Shown here one piece after another: positions 56,785 to 64,000 of a stretch of 64,000 nt of DNA. Both the position numbers and the translations under genes were made by a program. The stretch is taken from the UHGV virus genome UHGV-0211472; one strand, 5' to 3'. A model generated the notes under the pieces. It saw only the letters and a program-made list of their open reading frames with translations. It was not told where the DNA came from and did not search any database. Positions within the stretch are counted from its first letter, which is position 1; each line of letters opens with the position of its first letter. Source of the DNA: a virus.

Positions 56785-57860
56785 TGCCACAAGATAATTA
56801 TATTGACCCGAACGATTTTAAATCTTTCCTCCAACTGGATGACCTGAAAGGTTCTTTCAAAGAAGAACTCGGTCGATTAGAATCTGAACAAGAGCCAGAA
56901 GTGGACATTGACGATGAGTTCCCGGAAAAAGACGGTGACGATTTCGACTTTGATACCGACCTTCTCGGTGAAAGCGATGAGCTTAAGTTCGAAGATGAAG
57001 ATGGTTGGGAAGATCATGATGAGGAAGGCGAAGTCGAAGAAGATGAAGATGAATCCTCTGAAGCAGAAGAGCAAGAGGAAGAAGATTCAAGTGATGCAGG
57101 GTATGAAGATGATTCTGCTGACGGTGAAGGTGAAGTCTTTGATGTAGACTACGAAACCGTTATCACCCTTCCTGATGGACGTGAGATGACTATTGAAGAA
57201 CTTTCTAATGGCTATCTTACTGGTGCTGATATGACAGAACGAGAATCAACTCTTCAGCGTCATATGGAAGCATTTGAGGAACGTGTAGTAGGTTTGAAGG
57301 ATGTATTAGAATTAGCGTCTTTAGAAGCAGACCGAGTAATTGAAGATTACAATGGTTTTGATTGGGACAAGCTTGCAGTAGAAGATCCTCAAGCATATGT
57401 TGAAAACAAACGTTTCCTAGAGAAGTACACAGCTCGTCGTAACCAGCTTGAACAGGCTCAAGTCCGTATTAAGCAGGAAGCAGCAGCTAAAGAGCAGGAA
57501 GCTTTCCAAGCCAAGAGTGTTGAGTGCGTTAATATTCTGAAACGTGAGATTCCAAATTGGGATGAAAACTTATATCAAAACTTAATGCAATATGCAATTG
57601 ACTTAGGTGCTACTGAAGAAGAAATATTGAAGGAAAACCGTCCGTCTATTTTCCTAGCTCTCCACAAAGCATACCAATTTGATAAAGGTAAGCAGCAGGT
57701 GATGGCTAAGATTAAACGTCCCGGTGCTCCACGCAAGGTTGTGAAGTCTGATGCTGCAAAGTCTCGTACTTCCAATAAGCCCGACAACGCTAAGGTTGCC
57801 AAGGCATTCGCAGAGGGTCGCGTTAGTCACGAAGACGCATTCAAATTCCTCGTAGATTAA
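56784..57860 (+). CDS. scaffolding protein candidate
   Basis: highly acidic Asp/Glu-rich segment followed by coiled-coil-like region; immediately upstream of capsid gene. Confidence 0.5.
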   Translation: MPQDNYIDPNDFKSFLQLDDLKGSFKEELGRLESEQEPEVDIDDEFPEKDGDDFDFDTDLLGESDELKFEDEDGWEDHDEEGEVEEDEDESSEAEEQEEEDSSDAGYEDDSADGEGEVFDVDYETVITLPDGREMTIEELSNGYLTGADMTERESTLQRHMEAFEERVVGLKDVLELASLEADRVIEDYNGFDWDKLAVEDPQAYVENKRFLEKYTARRNQLEQAQVRIKQEAAAKEQEAFQAKSVECVNILKREIPNWDENLYQNLMQYAIDLGATEEEILKENRPSIFLALHKAYQFDKGKQQVMAKIKRPGAPRKVVKSDAAKSRTSNKPDNAKVAKAFAEGRVSHEDAFKFLVD

Positions 57861-57900
57861 TCGACAAATTAATTATTAATAGTATAGGAGCTAATATAAC

Positions 57901-58962
57901 ATGGCTAGTCCAACTTTATTTGTATCGTATGACCAGAATGGTAAAAAACTTTCTTTTGCTAACTGGATTTCTGTTCTGTCCCCTCAGGATACCCCGTTCG
58001 TATCTATGACCGGTAAAGAGTCTATCAACCAGACTATCTTTAGCTGGCAGACCGATGCACTGGCAAGCGTTGACGGTAATAACGCACACGTCGAAGGCTC
58101 TCGTGCTGAAGACGGCGAAATGAAACCGACTGTTATCAAATCTAACGTTACTCAGATTCTGCGTAAGGTTGTTCGTGTTTCTGATACTGCTAACACCACC
58201 GCTAACTACGGTCGTGGTCGTGAACTGATGTATCAGCTGGAGAAGAAAGGTAAAGAGATCAAGCGTGACCTCGAGAAAATCCTTCTGTCCGGTCAGGCTC
58301 GTACCGACGTTCTGGCTGACCAGTACCTGACTAACTCTGCAACTGATCCTGCTGTTGTTGGTCTGAATGACACCCATACAGCTCGTAAGACTGGTGCATT
58401 CCAGTTCCTGTGTGCTCACGGTGGTCTGGCTGGTGGTGTTGTTGACAAGACCAAGAATGGTCCTGCTGACCCGGATACTGGTGCAATCACTGTTAAAGTT
58501 GCACAGAATGCTTCTAACCCGACCACTAACATTGGTTTCGACGAAGCTGATATCTTTGATATGACTCTGCAACTGTATACCGCTGGTTCTGAAGCAGATA
58601 TCATCATGATTAACCCGGCTCATGCTAAGATCTTCGCTGGTCTGCAAGAAAATACTCAGGGTTCACGTAAGCGTATCTTTGAGAACACCAAGCAGTTCAT
58701 CTACGAAGTTAACAGCATCACTGACCCGCTGGGCCAGAGCTACAAAATCATCGTTAACCGTTGGATGCCTACCGATGCAGTTTACTTCTTCCGTAGCGCT
58801 GACTGGACTCAGATGGTTCTGCGTGCTCCGAAACGTACTGAACTGGCTAAAGATGGTTCTTATGAGAAATGGATGATTGAAATGGAAGTTGGTCTGCGTC
58901 ACCGCAACCCGTATGCTTCCGGCGTTCTGTTCACTGCTGCGGGAAAGGTAGCGGCGGCGTAA
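57901..58962 (+). CDS. major capsid protein
   Basis: synteny (after scaffold), RBS AGGAG, strongly biased codon usage (CGT, CTG, GGT) suggesting high expression, followed by Ig-like extension and terminator. Confidence 0.7.
   Translation: MASPTLFVSYDQNGKKLSFANWISVLSPQDTPFVSMTGKESINQTIFSWQTDALASVDGNNAHVEGSRAEDGEMKPTVIKSNVTQILRKVVRVSDTANTTANYGRGRELMYQLEKKGKEIKRDLEKILLSGQARTDVLADQYLTNSATDPAVVGLNDTHTARKTGAFQFLCAHGGLAGGVVDKTKNGPADPDTGAITVKVAQNASNPTTNIGFDEADIFDMTLQLYTAGSEADIIMINPAHAKIFAGLQENTQGSRKRIFENTKQFIYEVNSITDPLGQSYKIIVNRWMPTDAVYFFRSADWTQMVLRAPKRTELAKDGSYEKWMIEMEVGLRHRNPYASGVLFTAAGKVAAA
58941..58947 (+). other. predicted -1 programmed ribosomal frameshift slippery heptamer G_GGA_AAG
   Basis: X XXY YYZ heptamer in capsid frame 5 codons before stop; the -1 frame is open from 58881 and continues GKGSGGVTVDSVTVSPSS... 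into the Ig-like ORF. Confidence 0.55.
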
Positions 58963-59045
58963 CAGTAGATTCCGTAACTGTTAGTCCTTCGTCGGTTGCA
59001 AGCCTTCCGACGGGGGCTACTCAGCAGTTTACAGCTACAGCAGAA

Positions 59046-60065
59046 ATGAGTGACGGCTCCACAAGCACAACTGGATTTAATTGGTCCGTTGAAGGCGGTG
59101 GGGCTATTTCTGTTTCTGGGCTATACACTGCACCGAGTGCGTCGCAAGAAACCCCAGCAATTATTACGGCAACGAAGTCATCCAAGAAAGGGACGGCTAC
59201 TGTTAATTCTATCTACGAACCAGCGACTATTGTATCAAAAGGTCCTATTACTGGTAAGATTGGTGGCAGCACTACAGCATTCACCACAATGTTTACAGCA
59301 ACCAACTCAGCATTCTCTGATTATGAGTTTGAAATCACTCCTCCGTCAGCAGGTTCTTTTAACCTGTCGGGTGTATTTGGTTTAGATGACAATGCATCTG
59401 GAACAGTGACTGTAAAAGCAACGCATAAAACTCAAACCTCAGTTACTGCAACAGGGACAATCAGTGGTGTAATTCCTAAAGCTACTATCACAGGTAAGTC
59501 TCTTACCGGTAAGGTTGGTGGTGATGTGATTCCTTTTACTGACATGTTTACTAGTAACAAACCAGCATCGGAATTTACTTACGCACTGACTCCTGATGGT
59601 GAAGTTGGTTCAATCAACACTACTACTGGTGCACTGACTTTAGCACTGGCTCCTACAGATGAACTTATGAGTGTTAAAGCAACCCATAAAACACAAACTT
59701 CTGTAACAGCTACTGCTACAATTACAGCAACACCGAAGTTGACAGGTCTTGTCCTTTCTTCTGTGACTAACACCACGGTTACTGGAAGCCCTGCGGTTCC
59801 GGCTGAATCTGATACAATTACTATCACTGATTCAGGTGTTGCAGGTGTTGCTCGTGTAGATGGGGTTCCTCAAGGAGCTTTAACTGGAGCTTTGGCCTAT
59901 GATGTAGAAGGTACAGATTCTTCATTGATGACAGTGGATTTAACCAGCAATGTGTTAACTATCACCCTGTCAGCACCGATTACCAGTGAAGATACAAAAA
60001 TTACCATCCGAACTAATCCGGGTTCTGATGTTTTCCGTACTTATATTGTTAAATCTGGTGCATAA
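59046..60065 (+). CDS. Ig-like (BIG2-type) domain protein, probably expressed as C-terminal extension of capsid protein by frameshift
   Basis: repeated VKATHKTQTSVTAT... Ig-like units; the first domain (VTVSPSSVASLPTGATQQFTATAEMSDGST) begins upstream of the annotated ATG in the -1 frame of the capsid gene. Confidence 0.6.
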   Translation: MSDGSTSTTGFNWSVEGGGAISVSGLYTAPSASQETPAIITATKSSKKGTATVNSIYEPATIVSKGPITGKIGGSTTAFTTMFTATNSAFSDYEFEITPPSAGSFNLSGVFGLDDNASGTVTVKATHKTQTSVTATGTISGVIPKATITGKSLTGKVGGDVIPFTDMFTSNKPASEFTYALTPDGEVGSINTTTGALTLALAPTDELMSVKATHKTQTSVTATATITATPKLTGLVLSSVTNTTVTGSPAVPAESDTITITDSGVAGVARVDGVPQGALTGALAYDVEGTDSSLMTVDLTSNVLTITLSAPITSEDTKITIRTNPGSDVFRTYIVKSGA

Positions 60066-60068
60066 GAA

Positions 60069-60098
60069 TAAAGCCGCCTTCGGGTGGCTTTTCTTGTT
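60069..60098 (+). terminator. rho-independent terminator after capsid/Ig module
   Basis: AAGCCGCC-TTCG-GGTGGCTT hairpin followed by TTCTTGTTTT. Confidence 0.55.
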
Positions 60099-60164
60099 TT
60101 AAGACCTATACAAGTCAGTGTGTAATGTATATTCTTTGTCTACATATAACAAGGAGGACAACCT

Positions 60165-60917
60165 ATGGCAATGCCAGATGTGGCCTATCCGATTAACACG
60201 TATGGCTGGCTTAAGAAAGCTGTTGCCTTGTGGGCCGATCGGGACGATGATGAATTTGTCAATCAAATTCCAAACTTTATTAACTTTGCAGAGAAAGAGA
60301 TCTATCGTAACTTACGTATTCCTCCTCTGGAAAAAGAAGTGTATTTAGATATCAAAGATGGAGTGGCTTATATTCCTCCTGATTACTTAGAAGCTCAATG
60401 GATGATGAGAGCCAAAGATGGTGCAATCTTCCAAGTAACATCTCCTGAAGAGATTAGCTATCGTAGACAGCATGGAACAATTAATCCATCTCACTGGAAT
60501 AACCAACCTGTTAACTTTGCTCGTTTCGGGAGTCGTTTCATTTTCTACCCTAGTATTGAAGCAGATACTCCATACTACCCTGATGATGGAAGCCCTTTGA
60601 TTCCAGCAGAAAACTCAGTAATTCTTAGTTATTATGCAGATCCACCGGAATTCCACGAAGATACAGATACCAGCGCTATTCTTACTATAGCACCAGAACT
60701 TCTTCTGTATTTTACCCTACGTCATGCTTGTCTGTTTGTTCAAGATGATAACGGTGTTCAGAAATGGTCAGCATTAGGAAAAGCTATCCTTGATGAAATG
60801 GTAGAGCAGAACAAGAAACAAGAGTACTCAGGTTCACCTATCGCAATTCCGAATAACATGACTCGACTTCAGAGCAGCTTGCCTGATATTTATGGTATTC
60901 GCACTTCACGTGTATAA
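60165..60917 (+). CDS. virion structural protein (possible head-tail adaptor / tail tubular protein)
   Basis: RBS AAGGAGG; position between capsid and tail fiber genes. Confidence 0.45.
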   Translation: MAMPDVAYPINTYGWLKKAVALWADRDDDEFVNQIPNFINFAEKEIYRNLRIPPLEKEVYLDIKDGVAYIPPDYLEAQWMMRAKDGAIFQVTSPEEISYRRQHGTINPSHWNNQPVNFARFGSRFIFYPSIEADTPYYPDDGSPLIPAENSVILSYYADPPEFHEDTDTSAILTIAPELLLYFTLRHACLFVQDDNGVQKWSALGKAILDEMVEQNKKQEYSGSPIAIPNNMTRLQSSLPDIYGIRTSRV

Positions 60918-60926
60918 GGAGAAAAC

Positions 60927-63659
60927 ATGATTAGTTACAACAATTCAGCACCTAAAGCGGTAAATAATGTAGGGCAATTCGGTGCTACAGAAGGGTCCAT
61001 TGGTGCATATAAATCAGCAGCTGAGTATGCGTCTGATGCTAAATACTGGGCACTTCTATCCCAAACTAAATACTCTTCAGTAGAGGATATTCTGGCTGAA
61101 GTAGAACGCCTGTATGCTCAAGGTTATCTACTGGAAGAAGATATTAAACAGCTTAAGAGTGACTTTGAGTCACAAGAGCAAGTGCTCTTAGGCTTGATTC
61201 AATCCACAGGAACTGCAATTGACAACACTAATGCAGCAACTGAACTTTCAAAAGAGGCAACTCAAAATGTTCTAGCACAACTTGACATTATCTCTAATAT
61301 GACAGTTCAAACAACGCTACTCCCTCCCGGAAGTTTAGCAACTGGATCTTATGACAACTTAACTGGAGAGTTTTCTTTTGGTATTCCAGAAGGTAAACCG
61401 GGCCGTGATGGGACAGATGGTACGATTTCTGATATCGGCAGTGTTCCTATTGGTACCCCTGTTACTGATGACTTCGGTTTCTATGTAGATCAGGATGATG
61501 GTGGTTTATACCGAGCCAATATGTCTGATATTGCCAACCTAGTGCCTTCTATCCGATCTATCTCTATCAACGGCGGTGCAGAGCAGACGGGTACTGTATC
61601 TTTTAACTCTGTATCTAGTTTTAACACTCGTACCGGAGATGTTGTATCACAAACTGGTGATTATGAAGTAAGTCAAATCACAGGGGCGGCTGCTAGTGGT
61701 GATAATTCAGATATTACATCCCTTTCTGGCCTTACTACAGCAATATCTGTTTCACAGGGTGGTACAGGGGCTACATCTGCTGAGAATGCTCGAGTAAATC
61801 TTGGACTCGGTTCAGTGTCTGTGGAAAATGTAACCCCTTTAACTAAAGGAGGTACAGGAGCTACTACACCTTCTGGTGCACGTAGTAATCTTGGCTTAGG
61901 TTTAGTTTCAACTGAATCTATCGTGCCAATCACTAAAGGTGGTACAGGGGCTACATCTGCTGAGAATGCTCGATTGGCATTGGTTGCAGCTAAAAGCGGT
62001 GCTAACTCAGATATTACATCAATGACAAATAGCGTCACTTTTACCCAGCCAATATCTATTGCCGATGGGGTAAGTGCTACAAACGCTGTGAACCTCGGTC
62101 AAATTTCCTCAAATCAAGGGGCTTCTTTAATTGGTGTTAAGCAACCCTTTACAAACACAGTAGCTCGGACACAATACGACAAGAATGCGGAGATGATATC
62201 CATTCGTGACTTCCATCAGAGCACTGACCCTGACTGGACGCTTGCGTTTAATCGTGCGTCAACAGTATCTGCACAGCAGGGGAAAATTATATTCGTACCT
62301 GCCGGTGAGTACAAAATATCAGATTCTATCCTTCTCTATGATTCGGAAGATGTTTACAACGAGAAATATTATCAGCCACCAGGGAGCCGATTTGTCGGGG
62401 AGGGCCGCGCATCTATTATTCGCAAGACAGCGGTAGGGACTCAGGACATTAACGCTGTTTTCTACAACAAAGGTAAGCGCGGTAATGTTGTCCGTGGACT
62501 GCGCATTCTGGATGAGACAACGGATAGTTACGGGTATTACACACCCAATACAGCTGTATACCAGGAATTTAGCGATCTGTTTATCCTGGCACAAAAATGG
62601 GGAATGTATTTTGGAGGTAATACCTTTGTTGGTGTTTCCCTCCGCGAAATCGTTGTCCAAGGTTCAAACGCTACGGGTATATATGGTGGTATTCATATCC
62701 ATGGCGGGACGAGCTACGTAGTATCTCAATGTAATGTGTTTAAAGCGAACTACTGTTCCTTTGAGTTGACTGGCTCATACTGCGAAGTGGGACCATTAGC
62801 ATCTGATGATTGCACTGGGACTCCGTATATTTTTAACGCAGGCTCGTACAGCGTTTCATCTTTAGGCTGTGAGCAGCCTTCGCGCCAGAACAGTGGAACA
62901 ATTATTAAGGGAACCGGGGCTAACTTGCAGATAGACAATATACATCTGTATGACCAAACGCAGATTGCCGGTAGCTACATGTTTGACCTATCCGGCTATG
63001 CGAAAGTAAGTATTAAGCAACTAATCACCAGCTCAACCACTACTTTCAATGGTGCGATGGCCCGTTTAAACAACGGTGCTAAGTTAGAAATCGTGTACAG
63101 CAATAAGGTTGAAACGTCGTGGCCTCAAAGGAATTCTTATGACACAACAACAACAACTTTCGCTACGTTAGGAAGTCTTGGTGGTGTGGCAACCATCCCG
63201 ACATTCGGAACTACTATGTGCCGAGATATAGCTCTACCAAATCCGAACCAGGAGAATGGTCCCTACTATCGTATTGTTGGTGGTCAATATGGAACTCGTG
63301 GTTGTATTGGAACTATATTCACTCTACGTAGTGGTACTGGTATGACTCCTATCGCAGGTGCTTATAATCTTAACACAGTAAGCAGTAACACTGCTACGAA
63401 CGCAAAATTAGTTAAAGCTGCTCATTGCGACACTGAAGCCCTCAAAGACTATGATAAATGGTTCACTGGTACGTACGAAGGGACGTCTTATCTATTTATC
63501 CGTATGCCTATTGAAGGCGGGGATCGCAACCTCGGGACATTCTTCTCTGGTGTTGTTTTTGGACAAGATCGAAATATGTTCAAAACCTTGTTAGGGAGTG
63601 AGATCTCCGGACTAACTGAATATTCGTCGGGTAGTATTCTTACCGCGCAGGCAACTTAA
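60927..63659 (+). CDS. tail fiber / tailspike-like protein
   Basis: 910 aa; three copies of KGGTGATSAENAR-(V/L) repeat typical of fiber shafts; Gly/Thr/Ser-rich C-terminal region consistent with beta-helical fold. Confidence 0.6.
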   Translation: MISYNNSAPKAVNNVGQFGATEGSIGAYKSAAEYASDAKYWALLSQTKYSSVEDILAEVERLYAQGYLLEEDIKQLKSDFESQEQVLLGLIQSTGTAIDNTNAATELSKEATQNVLAQLDIISNMTVQTTLLPPGSLATGSYDNLTGEFSFGIPEGKPGRDGTDGTISDIGSVPIGTPVTDDFGFYVDQDDGGLYRANMSDIANLVPSIRSISINGGAEQTGTVSFNSVSSFNTRTGDVVSQTGDYEVSQITGAAASGDNSDITSLSGLTTAISVSQGGTGATSAENARVNLGLGSVSVENVTPLTKGGTGATTPSGARSNLGLGLVSTESIVPITKGGTGATSAENARLALVAAKSGANSDITSMTNSVTFTQPISIADGVSATNAVNLGQISSNQGASLIGVKQPFTNTVARTQYDKNAEMISIRDFHQSTDPDWTLAFNRASTVSAQQGKIIFVPAGEYKISDSILLYDSEDVYNEKYYQPPGSRFVGEGRASIIRKTAVGTQDINAVFYNKGKRGNVVRGLRILDETTDSYGYYTPNTAVYQEFSDLFILAQKWGMYFGGNTFVGVSLREIVVQGSNATGIYGGIHIHGGTSYVVSQCNVFKANYCSFELTGSYCEVGPLASDDCTGTPYIFNAGSYSVSSLGCEQPSRQNSGTIIKGTGANLQIDNIHLYDQTQIAGSYMFDLSGYAKVSIKQLITSSTTTFNGAMARLNNGAKLEIVYSNKVETSWPQRNSYDTTTTTFATLGSLGGVATIPTFGTTMCRDIALPNPNQENGPYYRIVGGQYGTRGCIGTIFTLRSGTGMTPIAGAYNLNTVSSNTATNAKLVKAAHCDTEALKDYDKWFTGTYEGTSYLFIRMPIEGGDRNLGTFFSGVVFGQDRNMFKTLLGSEISGLTEYSSGSILTAQAT

Positions 63660-63664
63660 AAATA

Positions 63665-63685
63665 AGGCCCTGTTTGGGGCCTTTT
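63665..63685 (+). terminator. rho-independent terminator after tail fiber gene
   Basis: GGCCC-TGTTT-GGGGCC followed by TTTTAG. Confidence 0.45.
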
Positions 63686-63754
63686 AGCAGTATCACACTG
63701 CGATAAGTAATGAATATACTATACTTAAGAGGTTAAATAATAGGAGGATGATAG

Positions 63755-63973
63755 ATGAAAATAATGAAACAAGTTACATACGGATTAGCGTGTCTAAGCA
63801 CCGGGTTTGTGATTTCAACCGCACTTCCAGTAACAGCAGGACACTCTCTGATTACTACCTCTGCACCAGCAGAGAAGCTTAGCTCTCATTGTAAGCAACG
63901 TACTATACAAAATAACCTCGTTGTTATCTGCCCTGATGCTGAATCTAACGCCCTGAGAAAGATGCTACCTTAA
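63755..63973 (+). CDS. small secreted protein (72 aa)
   Basis: RBS TAGGAGGA; N-terminal signal-peptide-like LACLSTGFVISTALPVTAG. Confidence 0.4.
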   Translation: MKIMKQVTYGLACLSTGFVISTALPVTAGHSLITTSAPAEKLSSHCKQRTIQNNLVVICPDAESNALRKMLP

Positions 63974-64000
63974 TAAAGGGACTACAAAAGGAGGTTAGAA

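Overview
The window reads as a near-complete genome of a tailed, virulent-type bacteriophage, organised as two large opposed transcription units. No tRNA, rRNA, CRISPR array, integrase or phage RNA polymerase was recognised. All calls below are from reading the sequence and the supplied ORF track by eye; no database search or folding program was run.

**Layout**
- Plus-strand structural/packaging unit: about 50.8 kb to the window end, continuing from base 1 to 11.25 kb. It encodes terminase, portal, scaffold, major capsid, tail fiber and a series of internal virion proteins including an SLT transglycosylase and a roughly 1435-aa coiled-coil protein.
- Minus-strand early/replication/metabolism unit: about 49.8 kb back to 11.3 kb. 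It encodes a T7-gp4-type primase-helicase, a family A DNA polymerase split into separate exonuclease and polymerase genes, a FEN-type 5'-3' exonuclease, an SSB-like protein, PhoH, a ThyX-like protein, a dCTP deaminase-like protein, thioredoxin-like and Dps-like proteins, an ECF-like sigma factor and three HNH endonucleases.
- The two units converge on a bidirectional terminator at about 11.26-11.30 kb and diverge from an ORF-poor, repeat-rich control region at about 49.8-51.1 kb.
- The window end (AAAGGAGG plus a 6-nt spacer) and the window start (ATG of the first ORF) fit together as an RBS-start pair, so the two ends may be contiguous in a circular or terminally redundant molecule.

**Most interesting observations**
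1. A contiguous minus-strand cluster (28.4-38.4 kb) of an AIG2/GGCT-like cyclotransferase, a RimK-type ATP-grasp ligase, a class II glutamine-amidotransferase-like protein and at least one amidoligase-like protein, plus four large unknowns. This looks like a candidate peptide or amide-ligase modification system of unknown substrate.
2. A roughly 235-nt ORF-less group I intron splitting the primase-helicase gene.
3. A predicted -1 frameshift (G GGA AAG) fusing the major capsid protein to an Ig-like (BIG2) extension.
4. A CCA-adding-enzyme-like nucleotidyltransferase.
5. A glutamine-amidotransferase gene that appears to start at AUU.
6. A 1.6-kb ORF-free segment carrying three tandem sigma70-like promoters and GC-rich hairpins.
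7. Iteron-like ACGGGGA(A/G) repeats and conserved intergenic hairpin motifs.
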